DNA of 64,000 nt from Minisyncoccia bacterium (GTDB lineage: Bacteria; Patescibacteriota; Minisyncoccia; Phycocordibacterales; Phycocordibacteraceae), in assembly GCA_038207395.1 (NCBI GenBank), contig JBBQZW010000001.1, positions 77,530 through 141,529 of the forward strand, written 5' to 3'. The notes under the pieces are model-generated. The model was not told the origin of the DNA. It was given only the letters and a program-made list of their open reading frames with translations, and did no database searches. Below, piece after piece: positions 1 through 9,807 of the stretch (position 1 is its first letter; each line of letters starts with the position of its first letter). A program made the position numbers and the translations under genes.

Positions 1-149
1 TTCAGCACTAATTGATTGAATCCTAAACGCAGGGCGCCACAATCCGTAGACTGCACCAGCACAAAGCAGTGCTAGCAGAATGAGAAATATATATCGGTTT
101 GTCTGGCGAGTCTTCTTACGCCTTTTACTAAGCGCGCCAAGGGGTTGCG

Positions 150-305
150 GCGCTTCGCGCCGCGCTGCAGTCTGTACACGAGCTCGGACAGGAGCACTAA
201 CTTCAGGTCGACGGGAAGATACAGTACGTGTTGGTGCGGTACGCACCGGCACTACGCGTTCAGGTGAACGCGTAGGTGAAGTGTGCGGAGCAGGCGCACT
301 CCTTC
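150..305 (+). ncRNA. candidate structured RNA, possibly SRP RNA (ffs); boundaries uncertain
   Basis: GC-rich, hairpin-rich stretch near the serS 3' end with no credible ORF. Plus-strand segments CAGGTCGACGGGAAGATACAG and CAGGTGAACGCGTAGGTGAAG resemble the two strands of SRP RNA helix 8 (E. coli 4.5S: CAGGUCCGGAAGGAAGCAGC / CAGAUGACGCGUGUGCC). Ends and closing helix were not resolved. Confidence 0.25.
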
Positions 306-307
306 GC

Positions 308-1576
308 TTAGGCTGTACGTCCCAGGATTTCTTTTCCGACATACGGTATCAACGCTTCTGGTGTGCGCACGCGCCCGTCCTCCTGCTGGTAATTCTCCAC
401 GAGCATCGAAAGAATACGGGGCATTGCTGCGGCCGTGTTATTTAACGAGTGCGCAAAGAGAACTTTTCCTTCCCCATCCTTATAGCGAATATTTAGACGA
501 CGCGTCTGAAAATCATGGAAGTAAGAAGATGAGTGCGTTTCGCGGTACGTATTTTGTGAAGGCATCCATGCTTCGAGGTCATATTTCTTTACCTGTCCAA
601 GCCCCAAGTCTCCCCCACAGTTCACGACGACGTGATACGGAAGCCCCAAAAGCTGAAGGAACTCTTCTGCATTTTGTGTCAGTTCTTCGTGAAGGCGTAC
701 TGATGCTTCGTGAGAGGCTTCGGTTAGAACTACCTGTTCCCACTTGAAGAATTCATGCACTCGAATAAGACCCTTGGTGTCCTTGCTATGACTTCCCGCT
801 TCACGACGGAAGCACGGTGAATACGAAAGGAACTTAATAGGGAACTTGGTAGCGTCTACGATCTCATCCATGTAGTAGCCCATAGTCGCGACCTCTCCCG
901 TCCCCGCAAGATATTCATTGTCTTGTGTTCGATACAGATCATCTTCGCCCTGAGGGAGATAGCCTGTTCCAAGGAACATTTCGCGACGAAGCAGTGAAGG
1001 CACAATCATTGGCTCAAAGCCCTTTTTCATAAAATGCATGAGTGCAAGCTGAGAGACAGCATTGACAAGTAGTACACCATCACCTTTTAAGAAATAACCA
1101 CGGAAGCCAGCTACTTTCGTGCCTCGTTCAAAGTCTGCCATGCCATTTGCCGTCATAAGCTCAACGTGATCTTTTGGCGTGAAAGAAAATTGGGGGATAT
1201 CTCCCCACTTCTTTGTCTCTTGATTATCTTCGTCACTCTCGCCTTCAGGCACGGACATGTCCGGCATGTTGGGCACGGTGAGCATAAGTTTTTGCCACTC
1301 TTCCATTACGAGCGTGTATTTCGCTTCAAGCTCAACAGCCCCTTCTTTGACATGACGCATGCTTTCAATAAGTTTTTCGCGCTCATCATCTTTAGCTAGA
1401 CGAATAGAGTCGCTCATACGATTTTGCTCTGCTTTTCTATCATCGAGCTGCTGGCGAAGAGATTTGCGCTCATCATCCACCTGAAGGAGACGGTCAATAT
1501 CCACCTCTATATGTTTCTTTGCTGCCCCGGCTTTAACGAGATCAGCGTGTTCACGGATAAATCGAATATCAAGCAT
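308..1576 (-). CDS. serS: seryl-tRNA synthetase
   Basis: 422-aa ORF with an N-terminal coiled-coil tRNA-binding arm and a class II aaRS core (..SPCFRREAGS.., ..GLIRVHEF.., ..YRETHSSS..). Confidence 0.9.
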   Translation of the reverse strand: MLDIRFIREHADLVKAGAAKKHIEVDIDRLLQVDDERKSLRQQLDDRKAEQNRMSDSIRLAKDDEREKLIESMRHVKEGAVELEAKYTLVMEEWQKLMLTVPNMPDMSVPEGESDEDNQETKKWGDIPQFSFTPKDHVELMTANGMADFERGTKVAGFRGYFLKGDGVLLVNAVSQLALMHFMKKGFEPMIVPSLLRREMFLGTGYLPQGEDDLYRTQDNEYLAGTGEVATMGYYMDEIVDATKFPIKFLSYSPCFRREAGSHSKDTKGLIRVHEFFKWEQVVLTEASHEASVRLHEELTQNAEEFLQLLGLPYHVVVNCGGDLGLGQVKKYDLEAWMPSQNTYRETHSSSYFHDFQTRRLNIRYKDGEGKVLFAHSLNNTAAAMPRILSMLVENYQQEDGRVRTPEALIPYVGKEILGRTA

Positions 1577-1663
1577 GTTCCTACAACTATACGGTACGGA
1601 CGCTCATGATAAAAGGAGAGTGTTTTTATAATTCCTTGATGGCCCATATGGCAGGCTGTATTT

Positions 1664-2524
1664 ATGAAAACCTTTGATCAAACGTCCCCACTCTATCCTG
1701 AACGGTTACTGCACATTCCCTCTCCGCCAGAAAAGCTTTGGCTACTAGGCACACTACCTTCACCCTCTACTAAGACGCTTGCCGTAGTGGGCTCCCGCGC
1801 TCTTTCGAGCTACGGCCGCCATGCATGCGAATCATTACTCGAAGGGCTGCGCGGATATGACATTTCTATTATCTCAGGACTCGCCTTTGGCGCTGATGCC
1901 TGTGCGCACAAAGCTGCCATACGCGCAGATCTTCACACTATTGCGATTCCCGGATCAGGACTTTCCCAAGAAGCACTCTACCCGCGCTCACACCTCGGTC
2001 TTGCTAATGACATCTTACATTCAGGTGGTGCAGTTCTTTCAGAACATGAACCCCGTCACAAACCCTTTCCTTATGACTTTCCAAGCAGAAACCGCATTAT
2101 GGTCGGAATGGCAGATGCCGTGCTTATGATTGAATCAGCAGAACGCTCAGGAACCCTTATCACTGCGCGTATGGCAGGTGATTATAACCGTCAGCTTCTC
2201 TGTGTTCCGCATCGAATTGGAGACGCACATGGATATGGTGCACAAGTATTCTTACGCATTGGCGCAACCTACATAAGTGAGTCGAATCATATAGTAGAGG
2301 CGCTTGGCATTGAACCAAAGACATCCCAACCCACCAACGAGTTACCCTCCGATCTTTCTGACCATGAACTAGCTCTCCTTAAATTTCTCAATGAACCCAC
2401 ACCCCGCGACGAACTTTTACGAGCAAGCTCACTTCCTGTACATGAGGTACTAACGTTGCTTGGCATACTTGAATTAAAGGGTGTACTCAAAGAAGAATAC
2501 GGCGTATGGCGGAGAATAAAGTAG
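1664..2524 (+). CDS. dprA: DNA-processing protein DprA/Smf
   Basis: 286 aa with a Rossmann-like DprA core (LAVVGSRALSSYGRHA..ISGLAFGADACAHKAA..GSG). Lies immediately upstream of topA, the classic smf-topA arrangement. Confidence 0.8.
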   Translation: MKTFDQTSPLYPERLLHIPSPPEKLWLLGTLPSPSTKTLAVVGSRALSSYGRHACESLLEGLRGYDISIISGLAFGADACAHKAAIRADLHTIAIPGSGLSQEALYPRSHLGLANDILHSGGAVLSEHEPRHKPFPYDFPSRNRIMVGMADAVLMIESAERSGTLITARMAGDYNRQLLCVPHRIGDAHGYGAQVFLRIGATYISESNHIVEALGIEPKTSQPTNELPSDLSDHELALLKFLNEPTPRDELLRASSLPVHEVLTLLGILELKGVLKEEYGVWRRIK

Positions 2525-2604
2525 TGAGAAATGAAGAATGTAGTCAAACGCCGTACATGCTAAAACTTGACCATATATAGGTATACGAGGTATCTGTTAA
2601 TCAC

Positions 2605-5082
2605 ATGGCATCCACTCCAACACATACAGGTAAGAAACTGCTCATCGTCGAGTCACCGGCAAAAGCTCGTACAATCCAGCAGTACCTCGGCTCAGGCTAC
2701 GAAGTGCTTGCTTCGGTGGGTCACGTGCGCGATCTCCCAAAAACGAACAAAGACGCCGTGGATATAGAAGCTGGGTTTGTACCTCGCTACATTATCTCTC
2801 CAGATAAACGAGACGTTATTGAAAAGATCCAAGCGGCTTCAAAGCGTGCCTCAGAGATATTCCTTGCGACTGACCCCGACCGCGAAGGTGAAGCTATTGC
2901 CTGGCACATTAAAGAAGCGGTGGGTCTTAAAAGTCCTAAGCGTGTGGTCTTTCACGAGATCACTAAGGCAGCAGTAGAGGAAGCCCTTGCTCACCCTCGG
3001 CTTATTGATGAAAACCTCCGGGAAGCACAGGAGGCACGCAGAGTCTTAGACCGTATTGTTGGATATGATCTTTCGGGCCTTATTTGGAAGAAAGTTCGCT
3101 ATGGTCTTTCTGCCGGGCGCGTTCAGTCCCCAGCACTCCGTATCCTTGCTGAGCGCGAACGTGAAATCAAGGCGTTTATTCCCGTTACGTATTACGTTCT
3201 TGATGCATTGTTTAAAGCAAAAGGCGGCGAGTTCCCTGCAGTGTGTAGTGTCGAACCAGATTCGGCAGAAGAAGCAGAGCGGATTGTTACCCTTGGCCGT
3301 GCCGCGAAGTGGAAAGTAGCTGACATCACCACCCGCGAAGAGGATCGTAATCCTCGCCCTCCATTCACTACCTCAACTCTTCAGCAAGCAGGATCAACCC
3401 GCCTAGGCTTTTCTCCCTCACGCACCATGCGTGCAGCGCAAAAACTGTACGAAGCCGGGCATATCACCTATATGCGTACGGACTCAGTAAATCTTTCAAA
3501 AGAAGCTATTAGTGTTCTGGGAAAAACTATTGAATCTGAATTTGGTAAAGAATATGTTGCAACGCGGGCGTACGCCACTAAGAGTAAAAATGCACAGGAA
3601 GCACATGAGGCTGTTCGCCCCACGAACCCCGGTATAAAAAAAGCTGGAGCAAATGGCGACGAGGCTGAGCTCTACCAACTCATTCGAAACCGCACCCTCT
3701 CAAGTCAGATGGCTGCGGCACGCGTTGAGCGCACAAACGTTCGTTCAGAAGCTGAAGCGGTTATTCCTGCATTTAGTACAAACGGTTCTCGCGTCATATT
3801 CCCCGGATGGCTTGCATGCGACACAAAGGCACGTGGTGAAGACGTTGAACTCCCAAAGTTGAATATTGGTGACCCCCTCACCGTACTTTCACTGGGGAGC
3901 CTCGAGAAGCAAACCGAACCCCCTAACCGGTACACCGAGGCAGGATTAATTAAAGAGCTTGAAAAGCGTGGCATTGGACGCCCGTCTACCTATGCATCCA
4001 CCATGAAAACAATCCAGGATCGTGGGTACGCAGAAAAAACCGGGCGCACACTAACCCCCACCGCTACCGGCATGGTGGTGTCAGGTTGGTTGGAGGAACA
4101 TTTTGCCGAATATATTTCTGATGCCTTTACTGCTGAGATGGAAGACGAGCTGGATGAGATTGCTCGAGGCGAGCGCGGGTACCGCGCGACCCTTGAAGAT
4201 TTCTATGGTCCTTTTCAAAAAGCCGTTCAGAGTAAAGACTCACTTCCAAAAGCCACCTCGTTAGGAGCTGTGCCAGAAGAATTTACCTGCCCCGTGTGTG
4301 GAGCACCCATGGAGTTCAAACTTGGTCGTGGAGGCATATTCATGAGCTGTACGCGTTACCCAGAATGTACCGGTGCGCGTCAGGAGGATGGTTCGGTTAT
4401 TTCTGCAGATGAACCCCTAGGCATTCATCCTGATACTGGCTTCCCTATCTTTATTCGTACAGGGCGCTTTGGTCCCTATGTAGAAATGCCACTCGAAGAT
4501 ACTCCAGCAGAAGAACCTTCTGTGCCTGAAAGCGAGACGAGCAGTAACACTGAAGCCTCAGACGTTACGCCGGTAAAAAAGGGAACAAAGAAACCTACTA
4601 AGAGCGTGGCTAAAAAGAAGGTTGCGAAGAAGGCGAAGAAACCAAAAATTGCCGCAAAGCGCGCAAGTATTCCCGCAGGCACTGATCTAGGAAGTGTGAC
4701 TCTTGCTGATGCAATCAAATATCTTTCACTTCCTCGTGAACTCGGTATACACCCTGATACTGGCATGCCTGTTGCAGCAAACACAGGGCGCTTTGGGCCA
4801 TACGTCGCGCATAACGGAGAATTCCGTTCGATCAAAAAACTTGACCCCTACACCGTTACGTTTGAGGAAGCAGTTGCGGTGCTGGCTGAACCTAAACGCC
4901 CCCCTCGAGGAGTCGACATTGTTCGAGAGATTGGTGCGCATCCAAAGACTGGAAAAATGCTAACCCTCTATAAATCGAAACAGGGACATTTCCTCAAGAA
5001 AGGCCTGCGCCGCATCTATCTGCCTGAGAGTGAAAACCCTGAAGAGCTTTCGCCACTCGTAGCAGCTGACTATTTGAAATAG
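2605..5082 (+). CDS. topA: DNA topoisomerase I
   Basis: 825 aa with a Toprim N-terminus (LLIVESPAKARTIQQYLG), a topo IA core and a C4 zinc ribbon (CPVCGAPMEFKLGRGGIFMSCTRYPEC). Three C-terminal GIHPDTG..TGRFGPYV repeats are present, with a lysine-rich H1-like tail between them. Confidence 0.9.
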   Translation: MASTPTHTGKKLLIVESPAKARTIQQYLGSGYEVLASVGHVRDLPKTNKDAVDIEAGFVPRYIISPDKRDVIEKIQAASKRASEIFLATDPDREGEAIAWHIKEAVGLKSPKRVVFHEITKAAVEEALAHPRLIDENLREAQEARRVLDRIVGYDLSGLIWKKVRYGLSAGRVQSPALRILAEREREIKAFIPVTYYVLDALFKAKGGEFPAVCSVEPDSAEEAERIVTLGRAAKWKVADITTREEDRNPRPPFTTSTLQQAGSTRLGFSPSRTMRAAQKLYEAGHITYMRTDSVNLSKEAISVLGKTIESEFGKEYVATRAYATKSKNAQEAHEAVRPTNPGIKKAGANGDEAELYQLIRNRTLSSQMAAARVERTNVRSEAEAVIPAFSTNGSRVIFPGWLACDTKARGEDVELPKLNIGDPLTVLSLGSLEKQTEPPNRYTEAGLIKELEKRGIGRPSTYASTMKTIQDRGYAEKTGRTLTPTATGMVVSGWLEEHFAEYISDAFTAEMEDELDEIARGERGYRATLEDFYGPFQKAVQSKDSLPKATSLGAVPEEFTCPVCGAPMEFKLGRGGIFMSCTRYPECTGARQEDGSVISADEPLGIHPDTGFPIFIRTGRFGPYVEMPLEDTPAEEPSVPESETSSNTEASDVTPVKKGTKKPTKSVAKKKVAKKAKKPKIAAKRASIPAGTDLGSVTLADAIKYLSLPRELGIHPDTGMPVAANTGRFGPYVAHNGEFRSIKKLDPYTVTFEEAVAVLAEPKRPPRGVDIVREIGAHPKTGKMLTLYKSKQGHFLKKGLRRIYLPESENPEELSPLVAADYLK

Positions 5083-5107
5083 CTAGATCTAGCGGTACTG
5101 TATAGAG

Positions 5108-6760
5108 ATGACGACGGCTAAGGAGATCATCGCAGTACTGAACGCACCGACTCCGGAGGATATAGCCCTCATAGAAAAGGCATACGCTTTTTCTGAAAAC
5201 GCCCACAAAGATCATAAGCGATATTCAGGTGAACCTTATTTTCTTCATCCAGCCGCAGTTGGAAAGCATCTTGCCGTTATTGGTATGGACGCAGATACCA
5301 TCGCTGCAGGCCTTTTGCACGACTCGGTTGAAGATACCGGAGTGTCTGAGGAAACTATTGAGGCTGAATTTGGTCCTGAAGTTCGGTTTTTAGTTGAAGG
5401 GGTCACCAAACTTGGAAAGCATAAGTACCAAGGCGCTGAACGTCACGCAGAAAGTCTGCGTCGTCTTTTAGTCGCCACCTCTGCTGATGTACGGGTGCTC
5501 ATCATCAAACTTTGTGACCGGTACCACAACATGACGACCCTTGAGCATGTTCCTGAACATAAGCGAAGAAGAATTGCACTAGAGACGCTTGAGATTTATG
5601 CACCACTCGCTGACCGTTTAGGAATGGGAGGGCTTAAGAAAGAACTTGAAGATCTTGCTTTTCCGGCTGTAGACGCCGACGCGTACCAGCATGCTATCGA
5701 GGTACGCAAGCTGAAAACAAAGGAAACAGATGAGGGCTTAGCGCGGGTGCAAAAAGAGTTACAGCACGCACTTGCCCGTCGCGGCATTACGAATTTCAAA
5801 ACAGATATTCGCATGAAAGGATTGTGGAGTTTGCACCAGAAACTTAAGCGTAAGGATGATGATATTACGCGCATTCATGACATTGCCGCGCTCCGGGTTG
5901 TCGTACCTGCTATCGATTATTGCTACACGGCGCTCGGCGTCATTCATTCTCTTTGGAAACCCCTTCCCGGCGAATTTAAAGATTACATTTCATTTCCAAA
6001 ACCAAACGGCTATCAATCACTTCATACAACAGTACTAACGGCAGATGCCGGAATAGTTGAGATGCAGGTTCGTACTGAAGAAATGCATCATCGGGCACAG
6101 TATGGTATTGCTTCACACACGTCGTATAAACAGTTACCGAAGGAAGAGATGAAAAGACTGGGCGATGCAGCTCAAAAACAAGCCTATGAAAAACTATCTT
6201 TCTCTTGGATGCGGGGACTGGTGCCAACCCTCCTTCATTTGCGAAAACGCGACACCGATACCGCTCAGCCCGTAGGCGCGTCAAAAAAGAAGGTAGCAAA
6301 AGTAGCTCCAGCCTGGCTTTCTGAACTCGCTGACGCACATGCACCTGTTGCAGGCAGTGAAGATTTCGTACAAGGACTTCGCCAGGATTTCTTTTCCCAT
6401 CGACTCTTTGTATTTACTCCTCAAGGAGACGTTATCGATCTTCCCGTACACTCAACGCCCATTGATTTTGCCTATGCAATTCATAGCAAGCTCGGAGATC
6501 ATATGAACGGCGCTAAAGTGAATGGCAAACTAGTATCCTTTGATACCATGCTTCGTAATGGTGACGTTGTAGAGATACTTGAAAAAGCAACTGCTCGGCC
6601 AACACGAAAGTGGCTTGACTATGCGCGTACTAGTATGGCGCGAAGACATATTAAACTTATGCTTGACCAGTCTGAACGGGGAACGATTTCTGCACGGGGA
6701 GAACTTAGACCGGTAAAGATTCGAAAGAAGCGAGCGCCGAAAGATGATAAGAAAAAGTAA
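5108..6760 (+). CDS. rel: bifunctional (p)ppGpp synthetase/hydrolase RelA/SpoT family (short form)
   Basis: 550 aa with an HD hydrolase domain (HPAAVGKHL..GLLHDSVEDT), a RelA_SpoT synthetase domain and a TGS domain (FVFTPQGDVIDLP..). No long ACT-domain tail is present. Confidence 0.85.
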   Translation: MTTAKEIIAVLNAPTPEDIALIEKAYAFSENAHKDHKRYSGEPYFLHPAAVGKHLAVIGMDADTIAAGLLHDSVEDTGVSEETIEAEFGPEVRFLVEGVTKLGKHKYQGAERHAESLRRLLVATSADVRVLIIKLCDRYHNMTTLEHVPEHKRRRIALETLEIYAPLADRLGMGGLKKELEDLAFPAVDADAYQHAIEVRKLKTKETDEGLARVQKELQHALARRGITNFKTDIRMKGLWSLHQKLKRKDDDITRIHDIAALRVVVPAIDYCYTALGVIHSLWKPLPGEFKDYISFPKPNGYQSLHTTVLTADAGIVEMQVRTEEMHHRAQYGIASHTSYKQLPKEEMKRLGDAAQKQAYEKLSFSWMRGLVPTLLHLRKRDTDTAQPVGASKKKVAKVAPAWLSELADAHAPVAGSEDFVQGLRQDFFSHRLFVFTPQGDVIDLPVHSTPIDFAYAIHSKLGDHMNGAKVNGKLVSFDTMLRNGDVVEILEKATARPTRKWLDYARTSMARRHIKLMLDQSERGTISARGELRPVKIRKKRAPKDDKKK

Positions 6761-6797
6761 AAACTCCGCCACGGCGGAGTTTTTACTTTTTCTTAAA

Positions 6798-7817
6798 CTA
6801 CACCGTAAAACTACTGATTGAATATAAATCAGTATCCGACTCTGCAGCTTCTACAGGAGTAGAATTTTGTATCTCATCCGTAACGGGTGTTGATGTAATC
6901 TGAGACGAATTTACTGGAGATTGTGCGCGAACTTCTTCAACGCTCGCTACTGCCTGAGCAGAAAGCTCCGCTTCCTGCTCTCGGCGCTCAGCAAGGATGG
7001 TTGCGATATGTGAAAGATCTTCGGGTGAGAAAAACTCAATCATGACGCGTCCTCCGTTAGGCCGGTTCTCAATAAGAACGCGGGTACCGAGTGTTTCCGT
7101 GAGACTTCGCTCAAGCTCCATCATTTCTGGAGTCTTGTCATGCTTACGAATCTTATCGGTCGCTATGCGGCGCGCCAACTGCTCTACAACGCGCACGGTT
7201 GTCTTCTTAAGTACAATCTCCTTAAAGAGTGTGTCTTGCTCCTCAGGACGGTCAGAGAGCATGAGGAGCGCGCGTGCGTGGCCTTCCGTAATCTCTTTGC
7301 CCACAACGGCGTTTTGAATAGCCTCAGGGAGCGCTAAGAGGCGAATTGAGTTAGAAACATACTCACGACTCTTTCCAACCTTCGCCCCAATCTCTGCATG
7401 CGAAAGTCCGAAGTTTTCAGCGAGCTGTGCGAGCGCTTTAGCACGATCAATAGAGTTCAGATCTTCACGCTGAAGGTTCTCAATAATCGCAAGCTCGAGC
7501 TTCATACGGTCAGTCTGCTCACCAGCACGAATAACGACCGGTACTTCACGTAACCCAATCAAACGTGAGGCGCGAAGGCGGCGTTCGCCGGCGATAAGCT
7601 CATATGCTGTTTGAAGTCCTCCATCCTCCTTTTCAATATCTTTACGTGTCACCACCAGCGGCATAAGGACGCCATACTGACGGATTGATTCTGCAAGGCT
7701 CTTAAGATTTTCTTCGTTAAATTCAATACGTGGCTGGTACGGGTTGGCACTAATGCGGTCAACTTCGACCCAGTACACTGAATCGTATTTTGTAGGGAGG
7801 TAGGTTTGTTCACTCAT
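6798..7817 (-). CDS. parB: ParB/Spo0J-family partition protein
   Basis: 339 aa with a ParB N-domain (LIAGERRLRASRL) and an HTH, plus a divergent Ser/Thr-rich C-terminal tail. No parA is adjacent. Confidence 0.75.
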   Translation of the reverse strand: MSEQTYLPTKYDSVYWVEVDRISANPYQPRIEFNEENLKSLAESIRQYGVLMPLVVTRKDIEKEDGGLQTAYELIAGERRLRASRLIGLREVPVVIRAGEQTDRMKLELAIIENLQREDLNSIDRAKALAQLAENFGLSHAEIGAKVGKSREYVSNSIRLLALPEAIQNAVVGKEITEGHARALLMLSDRPEEQDTLFKEIVLKKTTVRVVEQLARRIATDKIRKHDKTPEMMELERSLTETLGTRVLIENRPNGGRVMIEFFSPEDLSHIATILAERREQEAELSAQAVASVEEVRAQSPVNSSQITSTPVTDEIQNSTPVEAAESDTDLYSISSFTV

Positions 7818-7882
7818 TTCTCTATTCTAGCATCGTGCTCTTCTTTGCGTGTAGTGAAATGGTTGTGTACGATGTGCAGAAC

Positions 7883-7963
7883 GCTGAAGTGGCGGAATGG
7901 TATACGCGGAGGTCTCAAAATCCTCTGCCGCAAGGCTTGTGGGTTCGAGTCCCACCTTCAGCA
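7883..7963 (+). tRNA. tRNA-Leu (anticodon CAA)
   Basis: Acceptor GCTGAAG/CTTCAGC, D arm GCG-GAATGGTATA-CGC, anticodon loop CTCAAAA, long variable arm (TGCCGCAAGGCTTGT) and T arm GTGGG-TTCGAGT-CCCAC. CCA is not encoded. Confidence 0.7.
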
Positions 7964-7980
7964 CTGAGTAGAAGTACGTA

Positions 7981-8014
7981 GAACGCGCAGGCTGATGCCT
8001 GCGCGTTCTTTATA
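7981..8014 (+). terminator. rho-independent terminator after tRNA-Leu
   Basis: Hairpin GAACGCGCAGGC-tgat-GCCTGCGCGTTC followed by a T-run (TTTATATT). Confidence 0.6.
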
Positions 8015-8405
8015 TTCAGAAAAGACATACGAAAGACCCCTGATAAGCATCCGGACTTCGCCCGTACAGTATCTAGCACACAGGCGCATGGATCACTTTC
8101 TGTGCCGATGAGTGCCATACACGCTGCAATACTTGAAACTCTAATACAAAGCGCAACGCCGATCTGCTCCTTATACCGTTTCAGAATATGTGCTCGTGCT
8201 TAGATATCCCTATGGTCGTAGAGTTCACCCATGAGCCGTGCGCAGCAAGAGGTTTTATAATGCAATACACTCGCATGTATTACCCTTTCCGTACCATCTA
8301 TCCTGAACAAGGTAATACTAGACATTCGTGGTTCAAATAAAGTTAAAGTCCGACTGATAATTTTCTGAGCTTTCTCTGGAGAAAAACCATGCTACTATCC
8401 GCGCA

Positions 8406-9248
8406 ATGCTCAAGAAACCAAACATTATTGCCGTTATAGGTCCCACTGCATCGGGAAAATCTGCGAAGGCAGTCGCGCTTGCGAAAGAACGAAATGGGGA
8501 GGTTATCTCTGTTGATTCACGTCAAGTGTATCGAACGCTTGATATTGGCACTGAAAAGACAAGTATTGAGGAAATGCAAGGAATTCCGCATCACCTTATT
8601 GATATTCGTGATCCTGAGGAAACGTATAGTGCTGGTGACTTTGTAACTGATGCGAGTGCGTTGATTGAAAAACTCAGCAGTGAAGGTAAAACTCCGATAC
8701 TTGCCGGCGGCACTCATTTCTATTTCGATGCTCTTTTGTATGGACTTCCAGGCGAGCCGATCCATCCTGAGCTGAGAACAGAGCTTGAAGCACGTTCAGA
8801 AGAGGATTTATTTAATGAAGTTGAAATCAAAGATCCTCGCCGTGCGGCTCGCATTGACCGGCATAACAAACGCCGCCTCGTGCGTGCGCTTGAAATAATC
8901 GCAACTCACGGAATCGTTCCCGAACGTGAACGTACAGAACTTGCATATGATGTTGAATGGGTAGTGATTGATCTACCAAAAAACGAACTATGCGCACGTA
9001 TTGATGCACGCCTAGTGCAGGCAATGGAGCGCGGACTCGTTCAGGAAGTGGAACGAACGCGGACGCGCGTCGGAGACGCGCGTCTTATTGAGCTCGGTCT
9101 AGAGTACCGTGTCATTGGAGAATTTCTTCGTGGTGAGCGCTCAGAGGCGTCACTCCTGCCTACCCTTTCAAGCCGTCTCTGGCAGTATGCTCGCCAGCAA
9201 AAGAAATGGCTTCGCAGACTTCCCGTTGCAAAAAGCATAGAGCTCTAA
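8406..9248 (+). CDS. miaA: tRNA dimethylallyltransferase
   Basis: 280 aa with a P-loop (IIAVIGPTASGKS), the SVDSRQVYR..LDIGT motif and the GGTHFY motif typical of MiaA/IPTase. Confidence 0.85.
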   Translation: MLKKPNIIAVIGPTASGKSAKAVALAKERNGEVISVDSRQVYRTLDIGTEKTSIEEMQGIPHHLIDIRDPEETYSAGDFVTDASALIEKLSSEGKTPILAGGTHFYFDALLYGLPGEPIHPELRTELEARSEEDLFNEVEIKDPRRAARIDRHNKRRLVRALEIIATHGIVPERERTELAYDVEWVVIDLPKNELCARIDARLVQAMERGLVQEVERTRTRVGDARLIELGLEYRVIGEFLRGERSEASLLPTLSSRLWQYARQQKKWLRRLPVAKSIEL

Positions 9249-9266
9249 CCATGCTACGATATCGCT

Positions 9267-9797
9267 ATGAAGCGCGTTCTCACCATTCTATTTGTGGTTG
9301 TATTTTTTCTCGTATTACTCGGTTTGGTATTATTCAAACTATTTTATACGCCAGAAACAAAAGTTAGTACGCAAGATCAAAAGGATGTTTTTGCTTCAGT
9401 AACAGTTTCAAATGTCCCGGCAATCGATGTATCCCCTGAAGAAATTACACGCCAGTGTTTCACTTCGTATATAAAGTATTACACTTCAGTGGATACCATC
9501 TCATACGAACTAGTTTCAAATAATCCTACTATCCAACGTTGTTTTACTAGTAGTCTAATTGCGTCATGGGAAGAGTCTTATGCAGTTTCAGAAACAGATC
9601 CTATTTTAATATCAGGTGAATATTACGATTCTTGGATAACTCAAATACGAGCCACTGTAGTGAGTCGTCTATCACAAACAAGTTCCGTAGAACTTGTTCT
9701 CGGTACAGGGTCTGAGGAACACCACCTCTTTGTGGGACTTCTATATACAAATACTGGCTGGCACATTAGTTCAGTATCGGCAGGAGAACAATTCTAA
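9267..9797 (+). CDS. hypothetical membrane-anchored protein
   Basis: 176 aa with an N-terminal TM (ILFVVVFFLVLLGLVLF) and an extracytoplasmic remainder. Sits in an AT-richer region, with no recognisable domain. Confidence 0.45.
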   Translation: MKRVLTILFVVVFFLVLLGLVLFKLFYTPETKVSTQDQKDVFASVTVSNVPAIDVSPEEITRQCFTSYIKYYTSVDTISYELVSNNPTIQRCFTSSLIASWEESYAVSETDPILISGEYYDSWITQIRATVVSRLSQTSSVELVLGTGSEEHHLFVGLLYTNTGWHISSVSAGEQF

Positions 9798-9807
9798 GAT
9801 ACACGGA

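Noticed and set aside
80-747. Plus-strand ORFs 80-445 and 283-747 from the six-frame track.
   Set aside because: They are antisense to the well-supported serS gene or run through a GC-rich structured segment. They lack an RBS, and the translated sequence is low-complexity Arg/Ala/Gly-rich, as expected from GC-rich antisense frames.
4540-4700. The lysine-rich stretch in the topA region as a separate histone-like gene, or the overlapping minus-strand ORF 4476-4835.
   Set aside because: The stretch is in-frame within topA between conserved C-terminal repeats. The minus-strand frame is an antisense artefact of the repetitive AAG/AAA codons.
7915-8118. Minus-strand 67-aa ORF.
   Set aside because: It overlaps tRNA-Leu(CAA) and its terminator, with no RBS. 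Likely spurious. The same reasoning rejects ORFs 12340-12543 (over tRNA-Trp), 21582-21797 (over tRNA-Leu), 48546-48740 (over tRNA-Val) and 55211-55408 (over tRNA-Phe).
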